A stretch of DNA of 64,000 nucleotides from Candidatus Aenigmatarchaeota archaeon (GCA_016187335.1 JACPJW010000001.1:224001-288000), one strand, 5' to 3'; counted from the stretch's first letter, positions 1-10,893 are shown. The notes: generated by a model not told the origin, from the sequence alone. Made by a program: numbers and translations.

Positions 1-234
1 TTCTTCCCAAACAGGGTTTACATTATCTATATACTTGTCTTTTACCCTTCCGATGCCTATAATGCCCTTTACCGGGCTTGTTGCGTAAAACCATATAAAA
101 TCTCCAACATTCAAAGAAGAAAAGTCTGATTGATACCTCGGCTTCAATCCCCATAAAGGTACAGGATGTGAAAGTGCAGTTTCCCAGTTCTTAATTACTC
201 CGATAACTAACCAATTATTGAATTCTTTATTCAT
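1..234 (-). CDS. EVE (PUA-like) domain protein, truncated by window edge
   Basis: Not in ORF track; manual translation MNKEFNNWLVIGVIKNWETALSHPVPLWGLKPRYQSDFSSLNVGDFIWFYATSPVKGIIGIGRVKDKYIDNVNPVWEE shows the EVE pattern WL..NW..WG..GD...FY...GI.G.G.V..Y.D...W. Confidence 0.7.
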   Translation of the reverse strand, partial: MNKEFNNWLVIGVIKNWETALSHPVPLWGLKPRYQSDFSSLNVGDFIWFYATSPVKGIIGIGRVKDKYIDNVNPVWEE

Positions 235-264
235 GCCATATAAGTTATTTCTAAAGCTTAAAAA

Positions 265-495
265 CTATCTTTGAATTTCATTACATTCAGGACATCTAAA
301 GAATTTATAACGTGCCTTGAAGCCGCAGGAGAGGCATTTCATTTCTTCTCTGGAAGGTGGTGCGATTTCTATATCCCTTTCTTCCATCATATTTTCTGGT
401 CTAACCATAAGTTTACTAAATGAGTATTTGCTCATATGCATTTTTTGTCTTTGTTTCCTATTAGCAGCTCTTGATGCTATGCTTTTTCCACCCAT
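265..495 (-). CDS. Small basic protein with C-terminal CxxC...CxxC zinc ribbon
   Basis: CLSC...CPEC; directly downstream of hsdR on the same strand. Confidence 0.55.
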   Translation of the reverse strand: MGGKSIASRAANRKQRQKMHMSKYSFSKLMVRPENMMEERDIEIAPPSREEMKCLSCGFKARYKFFRCPECNEIQR

Positions 496-503
496 AATAA
501 CAC

Positions 504-3500
504 CTATTTACTAAAATTGAAAATACTTTCTCCTTCGCCATAATAATTATCAAATACGTGTTGAAAAGCTATTTCACATTTATTTTGATAATCTTTTTGG
601 TTATATGAAGATTCTGGAAGTCCTTTATCAAGCTCTATCTCAATCTCTCTTTTGACTTTGGCACGTGTTTGTTGTTTTTTTCTCCAGTCGATTGCAGCCA
701 GTCCGTCATGTTTTAACTTATATAAAAGTTCTTTAGCTACATTCTTTACTTGATTCTTGTCTTTTTCTGTGAGCTTTGGCTTTTTGAGTTTGTCAAATAG
801 CGCAAGTTCTTCCTGTGTGAGACCTTCGACTACGGCTCTTCTGTCTTCTTCTTCTAGGTTGTTGCTGAATTTGACGAGTTCTTCAAAGAATCTTTCTTGG
901 TTGAGTGAGCCTGAATTGTATTCGTCTATGAGTTGTTGGAATCTTTCTTGATAGTCGATTCTCATGCTGTTGAGACGTATCATTTCTTTGAGTTTAAATG
1001 TTAGGATGTTTTTGAGTCTTTCAATATCTGCGTTATTCTTTTTCTTTTCAAATTGTTTTTTCAAGGCTTCAAAGTCTATTTTGCTCAAGTCGATGGTTTT
1101 TGTCTTGGCTGATTCTTTGATGACATAACCTTTGGATGCGATTGATTTGTCAAGAACTAGTTGGATGTCGTGCATTACCGCTGTGATGTTTACTTCTGGG
1201 TCGAGTGAGCATATTTCTTTAATCAAGTCTTGATATAGTGCAATGTCTGTGCTAAATTCTGATGCGTCTTTATGTGGAAGAATTGCGCTGAATGTTTTAA
1301 TGGCGATGTCTGCTTTTTGCAAGAAGTTCTTCTTTATGTTATCATTTATGACGAGAACTGATAGTGCTTCATCAAGGAGTGCGTTCTTTGCAAGACCTTT
1401 GGCTTCTATGATTTTGTCGTGTTTGACTCCTTGGTCTATCAAGAAATTGTTGAGTTCCTTGATGTAGTCTTTCAAAGCTGCTACGAGCTTGTCTTTTGAT
1501 TGGATTGGAAGGTCTATTTGGCCGCCTACTGTTGGTGCAGCATAGATTGCGAGTGCTTTCTTCAAGTTCCTAAATACGTTGATGTAATCGACGATGAATC
1601 CTGCTTGTTTCTCTTTGAAGACTCGGTTTGCTCGTGCGATTGCTTGCATGAGCGTGTGGTTCTTCATTGGTTTGTCAAGGTAGATTGTTGATAGTGATAG
1701 CACGTCAAATCCTGTCATCCACATATTGCAGACAAAGACTATTTTCAACTCACTGTCTGCATCTTTGAAGATGGTTGCAAGGTCTTCATTAACCATTCGT
1801 TTTCGGTGTTTAGAGATTTCAAGGCCTTTTTCTTTGAATTTCTTAACTTCGTTCTGCTCTTGGCTGATGACAACGGCCATGTCAACCTTCTCGAGAGCAG
1901 CAATTTTCTCTCTGAGTGGTTTGACATCTTCGTATTTTGCCTTTTCTGCTTTCTTTTTGAGCTTGCCAACGTATTTTTTCCAATAATATTGAACTTTGTC
2001 ATACATCTTTACTGTAGTGGACTTGTCAATTGACACTATCATGGCCTTTCCTTCGTAACCTCTGTTGATGAAATGGTTGACAATGTCTTCTGCGATTGCA
2101 TTGAGACGGTTTTCTCTTGTGATGATATGATATTCTCTGGCAAATTCCTTTTCAAGTTTCTCTTCTTGCTGTTCATCCAGCTCTGCATTTTCGATGGTGT
2201 TATAGATGTCGTCATTAAGTTCTGGATTGATGAGATGCATTTCTGGAACTCTATTTTCATAGTATAGCGGGACTGTTGCTTTGTCTTCAACACTGGCTCT
2301 GAAATTGTAGATACTGACGTAATCGCCAAAAACTTCTTTTGTTCTTTCTTCTTTACCATAAGGGTCAAGTGGCGTTCCAGTGAATCCCAAGAATGCGGCA
2401 TTTGGTAATGCATTTCGCATATTTAGAGCAAGAATGTCGTATTGTGTTCTGTGAGCTTCATCTGTAATGATAACAATGTCGTCTCTATCCGAGAGCTTCG
2501 GATAGGTCTCTCCTTTTTCAGTTCCGAACTTGTGAATGAGCGTGAAAACAAGTCTGTGGTCTTCTTTCAAAAGCCTCTTCAGATTCTCTCCACTCTCCGC
2601 CTGTACTTTTTCTTCTGTGACAACCCCTGAATTTTGGAAGTTTCTGTAAATCTGTGTATCAAGCTCTTGACGGTCTGTAACAATGACAAAAGTGAAGTTG
2701 CCTTCAAATTTTCTCAAGACTTTTTGAGTGAAGAATATCATGGAATAGCTCTTTCCAGAGCCTTGCGTATGCCAGAAGACACCAAGCCTTCCCTTGTTCT
2801 TCTTCCTGTTTTTGAATGCTTCAATAGCATTGTTGACACCTAAGAATTGGTGGTTCTTAGCAATTATCTTGACTTGTTTGCTTTCGATTGTTGAGAAGAG
2901 AATGAAGTTCTCCAAAAGGTCAATGAGCCTGTTCTTCTCGCAAGTTCCATTGATGATTCTATCCAAAGAAACTATACCTATTTCCTTCTCTGTATCAACT
3001 TTCTTCCATTCAGAGAAGTGCTCGTAGCCACTAGTGATGCTTCCTATCTTTGCCTCTCTGCCGTTGCTGATGATGATGAAAGCATTGTACCAGAAGATCT
3101 GCGGGATAGTATCCTTGTAATCAGTGATATTATCATCAAATGCCCTCTTGACATCCGCACCACGGGCTTTGAGCTCTATCACAACAAGAGGTAGGCCATT
3201 CACGAATAAGATAAGGTCAGGCCTTCTCGTATAGACTTCGCCGGTGACCCAGAATTGTGAGGCAAGGAAGAAATCGTTCTTCTCTGGATTGTTGAAATCA
3301 ATAACTTTAACTGTTCTGTATTCATACCCGCCCTTCTTGTTCTTTGTCTTGATTTTCACACCATCTTTCAAAAGCTTGTGCACTTCATGATTCGCTTTCA
3401 CCAAAGACAGCCTGCTTCTGTCCTGTAACAATTGAGCAAGAACATCCTTCTTCGCATCATCAGACAAGCCATCATTCAATTTTTCAATAGCCTCTGACAA

Positions 3501-3653
3501 TTTCTTGACAAGCACAACATCAGACTTTGTATCCCTCCCCAAGGTCTGCGGGAACTTTTCCTCATAGCAATTTAAATGCTCAATACCCAAATCCTTCACA
3601 AAAACGTCAATAGCGGACTGCTCAACCAAAGCGTCCTCTGAGTACTCGGTCAT
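504..3653 (-). CDS. hsdR: Type I restriction enzyme R subunit
   Basis: PDLILFVNGLPLVVIELK nuclease motif, HTQGSGKS Walker A, DEAHR, FTGTP, QAIARANR. Confidence 0.97.
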   Translation of the reverse strand: MTEYSEDALVEQSAIDVFVKDLGIEHLNCYEEKFPQTLGRDTKSDVVLVKKLSEAIEKLNDGLSDDAKKDVLAQLLQDRSRLSLVKANHEVHKLLKDGVKIKTKNKKGGYEYRTVKVIDFNNPEKNDFFLASQFWVTGEVYTRRPDLILFVNGLPLVVIELKARGADVKRAFDDNITDYKDTIPQIFWYNAFIIISNGREAKIGSITSGYEHFSEWKKVDTEKEIGIVSLDRIINGTCEKNRLIDLLENFILFSTIESKQVKIIAKNHQFLGVNNAIEAFKNRKKNKGRLGVFWHTQGSGKSYSMIFFTQKVLRKFEGNFTFVIVTDRQELDTQIYRNFQNSGVVTEEKVQAESGENLKRLLKEDHRLVFTLIHKFGTEKGETYPKLSDRDDIVIITDEAHRTQYDILALNMRNALPNAAFLGFTGTPLDPYGKEERTKEVFGDYVSIYNFRASVEDKATVPLYYENRVPEMHLINPELNDDIYNTIENAELDEQQEEKLEKEFAREYHIITRENRLNAIAEDIVNHFINRGYEGKAMIVSIDKSTTVKMYDKVQYYWKKYVGKLKKKAEKAKYEDVKPLREKIAALEKVDMAVVISQEQNEVKKFKEKGLEISKHRKRMVNEDLATIFKDADSELKIVFVCNMWMTGFDVLSLSTIYLDKPMKNHTLMQAIARANRVFKEKQAGFIVDYINVFRNLKKALAIYAAPTVGGQIDLPIQSKDKLVAALKDYIKELNNFLIDQGVKHDKIIEAKGLAKNALLDEALSVLVINDNIKKNFLQKADIAIKTFSAILPHKDASEFSTDIALYQDLIKEICSLDPEVNITAVMHDIQLVLDKSIASKGYVIKESAKTKTIDLSKIDFEALKKQFEKKKNNADIERLKNILTFKLKEMIRLNSMRIDYQERFQQLIDEYNSGSLNQERFFEELVKFSNNLEEEDRRAVVEGLTQEELALFDKLKKPKLTEKDKNQVKNVAKELLYKLKHDGLAAIDWRKKQQTRAKVKREIEIELDKGLPESSYNQKDYQNKCEIAFQHVFDNYYGEGESIFNFSK

Positions 3654-4942
3654 GCTCCCACCTCGGACACCTTGATATCAAGCTCAGAAACGTCCAAATC
3701 GCCGGAAATTAATTTAGGAAGAAGAAGGTCACGAGTGGTAGCAAGATTTTGATTCTTCAGTTGAAGATTATCTATATCCTGATACATGCTTGAAACTATT
3801 TGAGAATACACCTCAATCGTTTTCTGATCTGGCATCACAAACTTATATTCACCAATTGGTTCAGATTTTAAATGCAATACATTGACGCCATTTGCAAATT
3901 CTTTTATGGTGATACCAAACGAAGAATAATTCAACAAACCAAAAAGCCAAGATTTGTCGAGCCCGTTCTTTGGGTTCATCTTGACTACATCCATAGAAAT
4001 TATAATTGTGTTCTCTTTCAATTTTGGGATTCTTGCAGCTCTTGCAACAATTTCTCTATTCTGGGTCATGTCTGTGACAGCAAGAACAATATCCCCGCAC
4101 TTCACAATATGCTTCTCCTTGAAGTCACCTTCAAATCTCTTCACGCCGTCATACCGGAATCCACCACCTCTCTCAAAACATTTCAAATTGACAAAAGCGA
4201 TTTTCCCATCATCAACAAGATTTTCACTTTTATAACTCAAACCCTTTTGAATATCAACAATATCGTAGACCCTCTTCACTTCCCATCCTTCTGGTATATC
4301 TCCGAGATCAGACTTAACCATCTTCACTTTCTCATGCCCAGGGAACTTGAACTTCACAAACCACTCATCATAAATGAGCTTTGCCATGGATTCAAGAAGT
4401 TGGATGCGACGAGAATTGTTTTCAAGTAACTCGTAGTAACTTGAAGCAATATTTGCAATCTTTTCTTGGGACGCCCTATTAGGAAATCTAATTTTAATCC
4501 TTCTAAAATCTTTAAGAACAACTCTGGGAATAGCAGCTCCGGTTGTAAACGTGTTTTTCATGTATGATTTTGTTGTATAACAATCTAAATAGAAATATAG
4601 ATATTTTGGACTTATTTTTTTAGGATCTGGTCTTATTATAGCAACTGAGGATAGAAGAACAAAGTGTGGCTTTGTTTTAAGAAAGCAAACTGTGTCTATT
4701 GCAGTAGCGCCATCCTTAGAGATTAATATATCTCCTTTTTCCGGTTGGCAACCTTGTCTAATTAACTTTTTGAAATCATCCTCAGATATTAACCTACAAG
4801 ATGGGATACTAACTCCAAAACTATTTAGGTCTTTTACTGAGGCCATTGGAAATCCTGTTTCAACACTTTTTGGACTAAAATGTGAACCGTCAGTAATTCG
4901 TTCACAAACTTCCTCTAAAGCAGACTCTTCAAACATTTTCAT
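3650..4942 (-). CDS. hsdS: Type I RM specificity subunit
   Basis: Two TRDs with conserved spacers (P..SQEKIA; [13 protein letters not shown]...G.IPEGW; [11 protein letters not shown]). Confidence 0.95.
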   Translation of the reverse strand: MKMFEESALEEVCERITDGSHFSPKSVETGFPMASVKDLNSFGVSIPSCRLISEDDFKKLIRQGCQPEKGDILISKDGATAIDTVCFLKTKPHFVLLSSVAIIRPDPKKISPKYLYFYLDCYTTKSYMKNTFTTGAAIPRVVLKDFRRIKIRFPNRASQEKIANIASSYYELLENNSRRIQLLESMAKLIYDEWFVKFKFPGHEKVKMVKSDLGDIPEGWEVKRVYDIVDIQKGLSYKSENLVDDGKIAFVNLKCFERGGGFRYDGVKRFEGDFKEKHIVKCGDIVLAVTDMTQNREIVARAARIPKLKENTIIISMDVVKMNPKNGLDKSWLFGLLNYSSFGITIKEFANGVNVLHLKSEPIGEYKFVMPDQKTIEVYSQIVSSMYQDIDNLQLKNQNLATTRDLLLPKLISGDLDVSELDIKVSEVGA

Positions 4943-6440
4943 TCTCCAATAATTTATTCACATTCTCCGATATTTGTTCTTCAAGCTTGTGCGCTTCCTC
5001 ATTCAGCTCTTCGAGCTCTTCATTCATCTCTTCGAGTTTTTCTTTAAAATCATAGTCATCTTCTTTCTGTTCGGTCACGCCAACGTATCGTCCAGGATTC
5101 AAAGACCAGCCTTGCTCTTCGATCTCTGCAAAAGATGTAATTTTGCAAAGACCTTGAACATCTTTGTATTTCTTTGCTCCATTTTCTTTGCGATAGCTTC
5201 TTACGATGCCTGCAATTTGGTCTATTTGTTCTGGCGTGAATTCCCTGTGTGCCCTGTCAATCTGCTTGAAAATGTTTCTGGCGTCAATGAAAAGAATCTT
5301 TCCTTTCCTGTCTGTTTTTGCTTTGTTTTTGTCCAAGAACCATAATGTGCACGGCAAAGTCACCGTATAGAAGAAGTTTCCTGAAATCGCAATCATCACA
5401 TCTATTGCGTTCTGCTGAATTAGTTTCTTTCTGATTTCTGCTTCTGCACCGCGGGCATCGGCTGCGGAGTTGGCCATGACAAATCCTGCACGGCCTTTCT
5501 CGTTCAATGCAGAATAAAAAAGCTGAATCCAAAGATAGTTTGCATTGTCTGTCGATGGCAAGCCAAAAGGCCAACGCGCGTCTCCTTTGACTTTTTCATA
5601 ATCAACCCTATCTACGTTGAACGGCGGATTAGCCATGACAAAATCGAACTTACCGACGACTTTATGAACATCTTCATAGTAGGTATTGGCTTCTCTGATG
5701 TCTCCAGACAATCCATGTACTGCAAGGTTCATCTTGCACAATTTGACTGTTCCAGTTACCCGCTCTTGACCGTAGATGGATAATTCTTCTGAGGGATTCT
5801 TCTTTCTCTCTTCAACGAAGTGAGCACTCTGCACAAACATACCTCCTGAACCACATGCTGGGTCAAGAAGCTTTCCGTGGAATGGCTCAATAACTTCAAC
5901 AATTAGTTTGACCAGTGATGTTGGTGTGAAAAACTCACCACCTTTCTGGCCTTCTTTCATAGCAAATTTGCCAAGGAAATACTCGTAGATTTTACCGAAA
6001 GCATCGCCTTCTGTTACTGCAAGCTTATCAGGAGAAAAGGCTTTGAGGAGTGTGACGAGTAAATCATTTGTGAATTTGGAATATCCTCTCGGAAGTGTTC
6101 CTTTTAAATCAGGATTGGCTTCTTCGATGGAATCCATAGCACTGTCAATAGCTTGACCTATATCGCTGCCTTCTGATAAACCCAAGAGATATGAATATCT
6201 GGCTTTCTCTGGTAGATAGAGGACACCTTCTGCCTGATAATCGAGTTTACCAACCTGTCTCCGTGAACCTTGTCTTTTGCCTTCTAACTCTTTTTGTTTC
6301 TTGGTGAACTTGAAATCGGCATGACGGAGGAAAACTAGGCCAAGGACTGGGGTAGAATATTCGGCAGAACTCAATTTGGAGTTGGCTCTTAAATTATCTG
6401 CAATATCCCAAAGCCTTTTTTCTGTTTCGCCGTTAGTCAT
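4929..6440 (-). CDS. hsdM: Type I RM m6A methyltransferase
   Basis: [19 protein letters not shown] motifs. Confidence 0.97.
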   Translation of the reverse strand: MTNGETEKRLWDIADNLRANSKLSSAEYSTPVLGLVFLRHADFKFTKKQKELEGKRQGSRRQVGKLDYQAEGVLYLPEKARYSYLLGLSEGSDIGQAIDSAMDSIEEANPDLKGTLPRGYSKFTNDLLVTLLKAFSPDKLAVTEGDAFGKIYEYFLGKFAMKEGQKGGEFFTPTSLVKLIVEVIEPFHGKLLDPACGSGGMFVQSAHFVEERKKNPSEELSIYGQERVTGTVKLCKMNLAVHGLSGDIREANTYYEDVHKVVGKFDFVMANPPFNVDRVDYEKVKGDARWPFGLPSTDNANYLWIQLFYSALNEKGRAGFVMANSAADARGAEAEIRKKLIQQNAIDVMIAISGNFFYTVTLPCTLWFLDKNKAKTDRKGKILFIDARNIFKQIDRAHREFTPEQIDQIAGIVRSYRKENGAKKYKDVQGLCKITSFAEIEEQGWSLNPGRYVGVTEQKEDDYDFKEKLEEMNEELEELNEEAHKLEEQISENVNKLLENENV

Positions 6441-6452
6441 TTTATCTCCTCG

Positions 6453-7148
6453 CTATATAACGCCTGTTTCTTTCATGCTTGTATAGCCTTTATTTCCAAT
6501 TATTATATGGTCCAAAACTTCTACACTCATCACAGTTCCTAGTTTTCTCATTTGATTTGTTAATTGTATGTCTTCATCGCTTGGGGTTGGGTCTCCAGAG
6601 GGGTGATTATGAATAAATATTACGGCGGCAGCCGATTCAACCAGAGCCTCTTTAAAAATCTCTCTTGGATAAACGGCATTAGAGCTAATGGTTCCTGTGA
6701 AGATACTCTTACATTTCAATAAGTTATGTCTAACATCTAAAAACAATACATAGAAATGCTCCTTTTTTGAGCTCCGGAGCCTTTTCATCAATAATTTCGC
6801 TGCATCAGAGGAGGTTTTGATTTTTTGTATTTTCTTGTTTGAATACGTATCAAACCTTTTCATGAGTTCGAAAACTGAAACTATTTGACACGCTTTAGCG
6901 TCTCCAATACCGTAAATATTTTTTAATTCAGTCACGCCTATTTCTGAGAGTTTACTTAAATCGTATTTAGCGAGAAGCTTATTGGATAATTCCAACACAT
7001 TGTCTTGTTTTGTACCAGTCCTAAGGAGTATTGCTAATAACTCACTGTTATTGAGCGATTGGGGCCCAAATCTAATAAGACGTTCCCTTGGTCTTTCAAA
7101 TTCAGGCATGTCTTTAATCCGTATTTTATAGAACATTTTTCCTTTCAT
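6453..7148 (-). CDS. radC: RadC/UPF0758 JAB-domain protein
   Basis: ERPRERL, ELLAILL, HNHPSGDPTPS.ED, LDHIII. Confidence 0.95.
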   Translation of the reverse strand: MKGKMFYKIRIKDMPEFERPRERLIRFGPQSLNNSELLAILLRTGTKQDNVLELSNKLLAKYDLSKLSEIGVTELKNIYGIGDAKACQIVSVFELMKRFDTYSNKKIQKIKTSSDAAKLLMKRLRSSKKEHFYVLFLDVRHNLLKCKSIFTGTISSNAVYPREIFKEALVESAAAVIFIHNHPSGDPTPSDEDIQLTNQMRKLGTVMSVEVLDHIIIGNKGYTSMKETGVI

Positions 7149-7795
7149 CTATGCACCTTTCTCTCCCTCACATACTCACAAAGCCCGCATTCTTTATTAG
7201 GCTTAGGCTCCTCCCCTTCCAAACACTTAACAGCATCCTTGAAAACTTTTAACGCTTTCTTCGGGTCGGTTTTCACCTTCACAGCATGCACCCTAAACGG
7301 TATTCCTTCGTGGAGTTCGCCAAAATCAGGATAGTAATAAACTATGTAGCCGACGCCGTTGGTCTGGTGCCCGTTCTCGTTCAGCAGCAGCGAGTAGCAG
7401 TCCATCTGAAGTTGGTAGGCATCGTTCATTTCGTTCCCGGACTTTAGGGCAAATCCTTTTGTCTTGTGATCCAGCGGCGCGTGGTCGCCGTCATCAAGAA
7501 CCAAGCATTCATCCAATCTGCCACTCAAAACATTGCCGCCTATTTCTGCTTTGAGTGATTTTGGTAAGAATTCTATCAGTTTGCCGGGAACCTTGCCTTC
7601 CAAGAACGGCGGTATTTTTCCGTGCGGCCTGTAGCGGTTCATGTATTCTTTTATCACGCGGTCAAGGCCGTTCATGATGGTTGCCATCGGTGTGCCGGGA
7701 GTGTCTATGACCTTGTTCATGGACAGCCAGAAGCAGAGCGGGCAGTTGAGGAAGAAGTTCAGGGAGGTGGGGGAGAGTTTGATCATTTTCATCAC
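7145..7795 (-). CDS. RecB/Cas4-like PD-(D/E)XK nuclease
   Basis: LSPTSL..F..CP, GRLD..LDHK, QM..Y, C-terminal CxxC; overlaps radC start by 4 nt. Confidence 0.8.
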   Translation of the reverse strand: MMKMIKLSPTSLNFFLNCPLCFWLSMNKVIDTPGTPMATIMNGLDRVIKEYMNRYRPHGKIPPFLEGKVPGKLIEFLPKSLKAEIGGNVLSGRLDECLVLDDGDHAPLDHKTKGFALKSGNEMNDAYQLQMDCYSLLLNENGHQTNGVGYIVYYYPDFGELHEGIPFRVHAVKVKTDPKKALKVFKDAVKCLEGEEPKPNKECGLCEYVRERKVHR

Positions 7796-7804
7796 TTAAC
7801 ATTT

Positions 7805-8257
7805 TTAACTTTCTTTCTTATCAAAAAAGTAATCCCATTTATCTCTATATTTATTTTTTAATTTCCTTAATCTGCTTAATTCTACAACTGTTCTATTCCC
7901 TTTTGGATTTCTGTAAATTATAGATTTTTCGCCAAGTTCTTTATGTTCATTTTCTAACTCGGTGGATGGAACTATATATACTTCTGGTAAACATTTTAGG
8001 TCATTTATTTTATTCAAGAATGAAATAAAAATCAGAAAATGATTTTTGTGTTTTCTATTCCAATTATCTATTGGGAAATTACTCGTACCTCTAAGACCTT
8101 TTACATCTGCTGTTAATGTTTCACCGTTTTTATCAATAACGATATCTATAGATTTTTTATTACCTAATGTAAGATATGCATTTACATTCATTCTATATAA
8201 TATGGAAAGGACATAGTATTCTGATGCTAAGTTTGTATTTTGTCCCGTATCTCCCAT
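7805..8257 (-). CDS. Putative PD-(D/E)XK-fold endonuclease
   Basis: SEYYV...IDI...DVK pattern. Confidence 0.6.
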   Translation of the reverse strand: MGDTGQNTNLASEYYVLSILYRMNVNAYLTLGNKKSIDIVIDKNGETLTADVKGLRGTSNFPIDNWNRKHKNHFLIFISFLNKINDLKCLPEVYIVPSTELENEHKELGEKSIIYRNPKGNRTVVELSRLRKLKNKYRDKWDYFFDKKES

Positions 8258-8285
8258 TAAATCACATCTTTCTTAGCTATTAAGC

Positions 8286-8990
8286 TCACCTAGCTCTATT
8301 AATTATGAATTTTTTTTCTTCTAACCGTAAGTTATATTTTTCCTTGTTATGCCTTTCTATTTCTTTGCCTTTATTGATGCAAAGACTATTGAGAAACGAG
8401 TTTATACTTCTTTTACTAGATTTTGGTTTTTTTCTTAGAAAATCTTTCAGTTTTTCAATATATTCGTCGTACACTTTTGCTTTCAACTCATCGCTCATGA
8501 GTTTATTATACCACATTGTAAGCAAAATTCTAGAAACTGCATTGGTTTCCTTCCCAGAGTAATGGTCTCGTTTTATAAAATCTTTTGCAAGTGATATCGA
8601 AAGTTCTTCTAGCAACTCTTTTAATTCCTTTTTCTCGATTCCGGAATTGTCAAATTCTCTATCAAACTTGTCTTTATGATTCCATATGTCTACAACAAAA
8701 ATTTTTTTTATTGTTTTAGGCATGTTTAACTCATCAGCAAAGGTACCGGAAAATTTTTTTCCAATTATATTCATATCTGAAATTAGTTTTCTAACGCCAT
8801 TCTGATGTATCCAATTTTTACAATTAATTATTAGAGTTTCTTTTTTATTAGAAGCTAAGACATCTATGTCTGACCAACCAAATTGTTTTTTACTTTCACG
8901 TTTAATCCTTAAAGGGAAATTACGCTGCGTTAGATATCCATTATTTCTACACCATGCTTCAGTAATATCTTCAACATAAGAAAATACCAT
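8286..8990 (-). CDS. Putative PD-(D/E)XK-fold endonuclease
   Basis: VE...NGY...DIDVLA...INCK pattern. Confidence 0.55.
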   Translation of the reverse strand: MVFSYVEDITEAWCRNNGYLTQRNFPLRIKRESKKQFGWSDIDVLASNKKETLIINCKNWIHQNGVRKLISDMNIIGKKFSGTFADELNMPKTIKKIFVVDIWNHKDKFDREFDNSGIEKKELKELLEELSISLAKDFIKRDHYSGKETNAVSRILLTMWYNKLMSDELKAKVYDEYIEKLKDFLRKKPKSSKRSINSFLNSLCINKGKEIERHNKEKYNLRLEEKKFIINRAR

Positions 8991-9093
8991 TTTTTCACCT
9001 CTACAACCTCTTCCTCAATCATTATTACAATTTCATAGTCTCACCACCTTTTACTGACCTCTCGAAAAATTGGAGTCTTTCGAGATGAAGACT

Positions 9094-9603
9094 CTATTTT
9101 ATCGGAAATAATTTAATTACTGAGCCGCTTGCACGTCGCTGACGCGCCGGATTATCTAATTTTGAAACAGCAACGGCATCTTTACCATTGCTTAAATATT
9201 TTAGATTTTTAAATGGAAATACGAATGCACGTAATGATCCATCTTTATTTCCAACAACTATTCCTATCCAAGCATCAGTTTTCCATGCTTTCATGGAATT
9301 TTTTATTTGTTTTGATCCTATAGGAATCGTGGGTACAAATTTTTTATATGTTTTTGAGATTCTTGCCTTCACTGAAATACCAATAATTTTATTTTTCTGA
9401 AAAATTTTTCCTCTAGAATCAATAGCAAATAAATCAAAACCGATGTTACGTGCTCTTACTACATTAACGCCTTTTTTAGATAACAAATAAGTTATAAAAC
9501 TTTCTCCAAAATCTCCAGAATGAATTGCTTCGCTACCTATATTTGGATTATTCTTCCAAGCTTTTTTACCAGCAATGGACATTTTGTTTTTCATACTCTG
9601 CAA
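9094..9603 (-). CDS. Putative Hjc-like PD-(D/E)XK endonuclease
   Basis: GDFGE...GFDL...ISVKAR pattern. Confidence 0.55.
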   Translation of the reverse strand: MQSMKNKMSIAGKKAWKNNPNIGSEAIHSGDFGESFITYLLSKKGVNVVRARNIGFDLFAIDSRGKIFQKNKIIGISVKARISKTYKKFVPTIPIGSKQIKNSMKAWKTDAWIGIVVGNKDGSLRAFVFPFKNLKYLSNGKDAVAVSKLDNPARQRRASGSVIKLFPIK

Positions 9604-9639
9604 CCGATTTCACAATCTTCGCTCAATCATATTACGATT

Positions 9640-10290
9640 CTATAACCTCGCCACCCTGCCCGCATCAGTAAGCTGGTAGCCCTTGCCTTCTGCGACTTCT
9701 ATGAGGCCCATGTCCTTCAGCGCCTTGATGCTGCGGTATGCCATGGCGCGCGTGATTCCTAATTTGTCTGCGAGCTCTGCAACGTTCTGGTTGTCCTCTA
9801 TTTCTTCTAAAATTCGGAGCTGGCTTTTTGTGACTTTGAAGGGCAGTATGGGCAATATAACAGGGTTTTTGCTCTCCCATGGAACATAAAATATCTTCTT
9901 TATGCGGTCCCAGCGCTTGTAAGCCGCGAGTAGGACGCCGAGGGCTTTCGGCTTCTTGCCTGAGGTGATGTTTATGTAAATCTCATCCTTGTTCGGGATG
10001 GCATCAATAAGCTCCACGACCTCTGTTGCAGATGATACGGCGTCCAGGTGGTCAACGGATTTTTCCTTGATCTCGATGACCTTGCCGAGCGTTCTCTTTA
10101 TCTCAGCCACGGACTTTTCCTGCAAATCATCCTCGGGCTTTCTGTCCTTGATAAGGTATATCCTGTCGGCAGACAGCTTGTTCGCAAGAAGAAAAATGGA
10201 GTCGGATGTGTGCACAGTACTGACCAGCACCCTTGCCATATCCTCGTCTTTTTCCTGAACGCTTATATCGTTTACAGTATAATTTTCCAT
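9640..10290 (-). CDS. CARF-domain + winged-HTH transcriptional regulator (Csa3-like)
   Basis: Rossmann-like N-terminus with INITSGKKPKALG; C-terminal HTH NVAELADKLGITRAMAYRSIKALKDMGLI. Confidence 0.75.
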   Translation of the reverse strand: MENYTVNDISVQEKDEDMARVLVSTVHTSDSIFLLANKLSADRIYLIKDRKPEDDLQEKSVAEIKRTLGKVIEIKEKSVDHLDAVSSATEVVELIDAIPNKDEIYINITSGKKPKALGVLLAAYKRWDRIKKIFYVPWESKNPVILPILPFKVTKSQLRILEEIEDNQNVAELADKLGITRAMAYRSIKALKDMGLIEVAEGKGYQLTDAGRVARL

Positions 10291-10352
10291 GATATTGTAT
10301 ACTATTTTGATATATCTTTAAATATTTCGGTATACATTAACTACGTGGGGGT

Positions 10353-10583
10353 TTGATGGCTTCGGCAATGGCAGTGCGGACATCGGAAAACAGGATAAGC
10401 AGTCTGCAGGCGGAAAAGAAGCGGCTCATGTGGCACAATCACAGGATATACTGCTCTGAATGCAGAAAGTATTATCCCGAAGGCAAATGCAAAATAAGGA
10501 TAAATTTCGGGGAGGGCGGCTGGTGGTTCGACGATATTGAAGCGAAATGCCCGAAAGGCCATTCATTCATCGTGCATGATTAG
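10353..10583 (+). CDS. Small Cys-rich hypothetical protein
   Basis: CSEC...CPKGH; divergent from the CARF gene. Confidence 0.45.
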   Translation: MMASAMAVRTSENRISSLQAEKKRLMWHNHRIYCSECRKYYPEGKCKIRINFGEGGWWFDDIEAKCPKGHSFIVHD

Positions 10584-10674
10584 GTGATTTCATGCAGCCC
10601 TGAAGCCAAAATATTATGGGGCGCAAAGCACGGGCCGAAAAGAAAGATGCTCATGTTGGCGGTGTGGTGATATT

Positions 10675-10893
10675 ATGATATGCGCTCTTTGCCCGAAAGG
10701 TAAAAGAGAAGTTATGGATGACAGCACTAACGTGGACCCTCGCGGCAGAAACCATATTCATGTCTTGCAGGTAAACAAGAAAGGCAAGATCGTCTGGGGA
10801 ATGTGCTATCTTGACAAGTTAGTGCCTTTCAGCAGGTTTGAGGATTTTACTGCTGATGTTTCCTGTCTGATTAAAGAAACCAAGAAAAAATAA
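10675..10893 (+). CDS. Small hypothetical protein
   Basis: 72-aa ORF ending next to the tRNA fragment; no recognised motif. Confidence 0.35.
   Translation: MICALCPKGKREVMDDSTNVDPRGRNHIHVLQVNKKGKIVWGMCYLDKLVPFSRFEDFTADVSCLIKETKKK

Noticed and set aside
7145-7795. Cas4 as part of a CRISPR-Cas system
   Set aside because: No array or other cas genes; treated as a solo RecB/Cas4-like nuclease.
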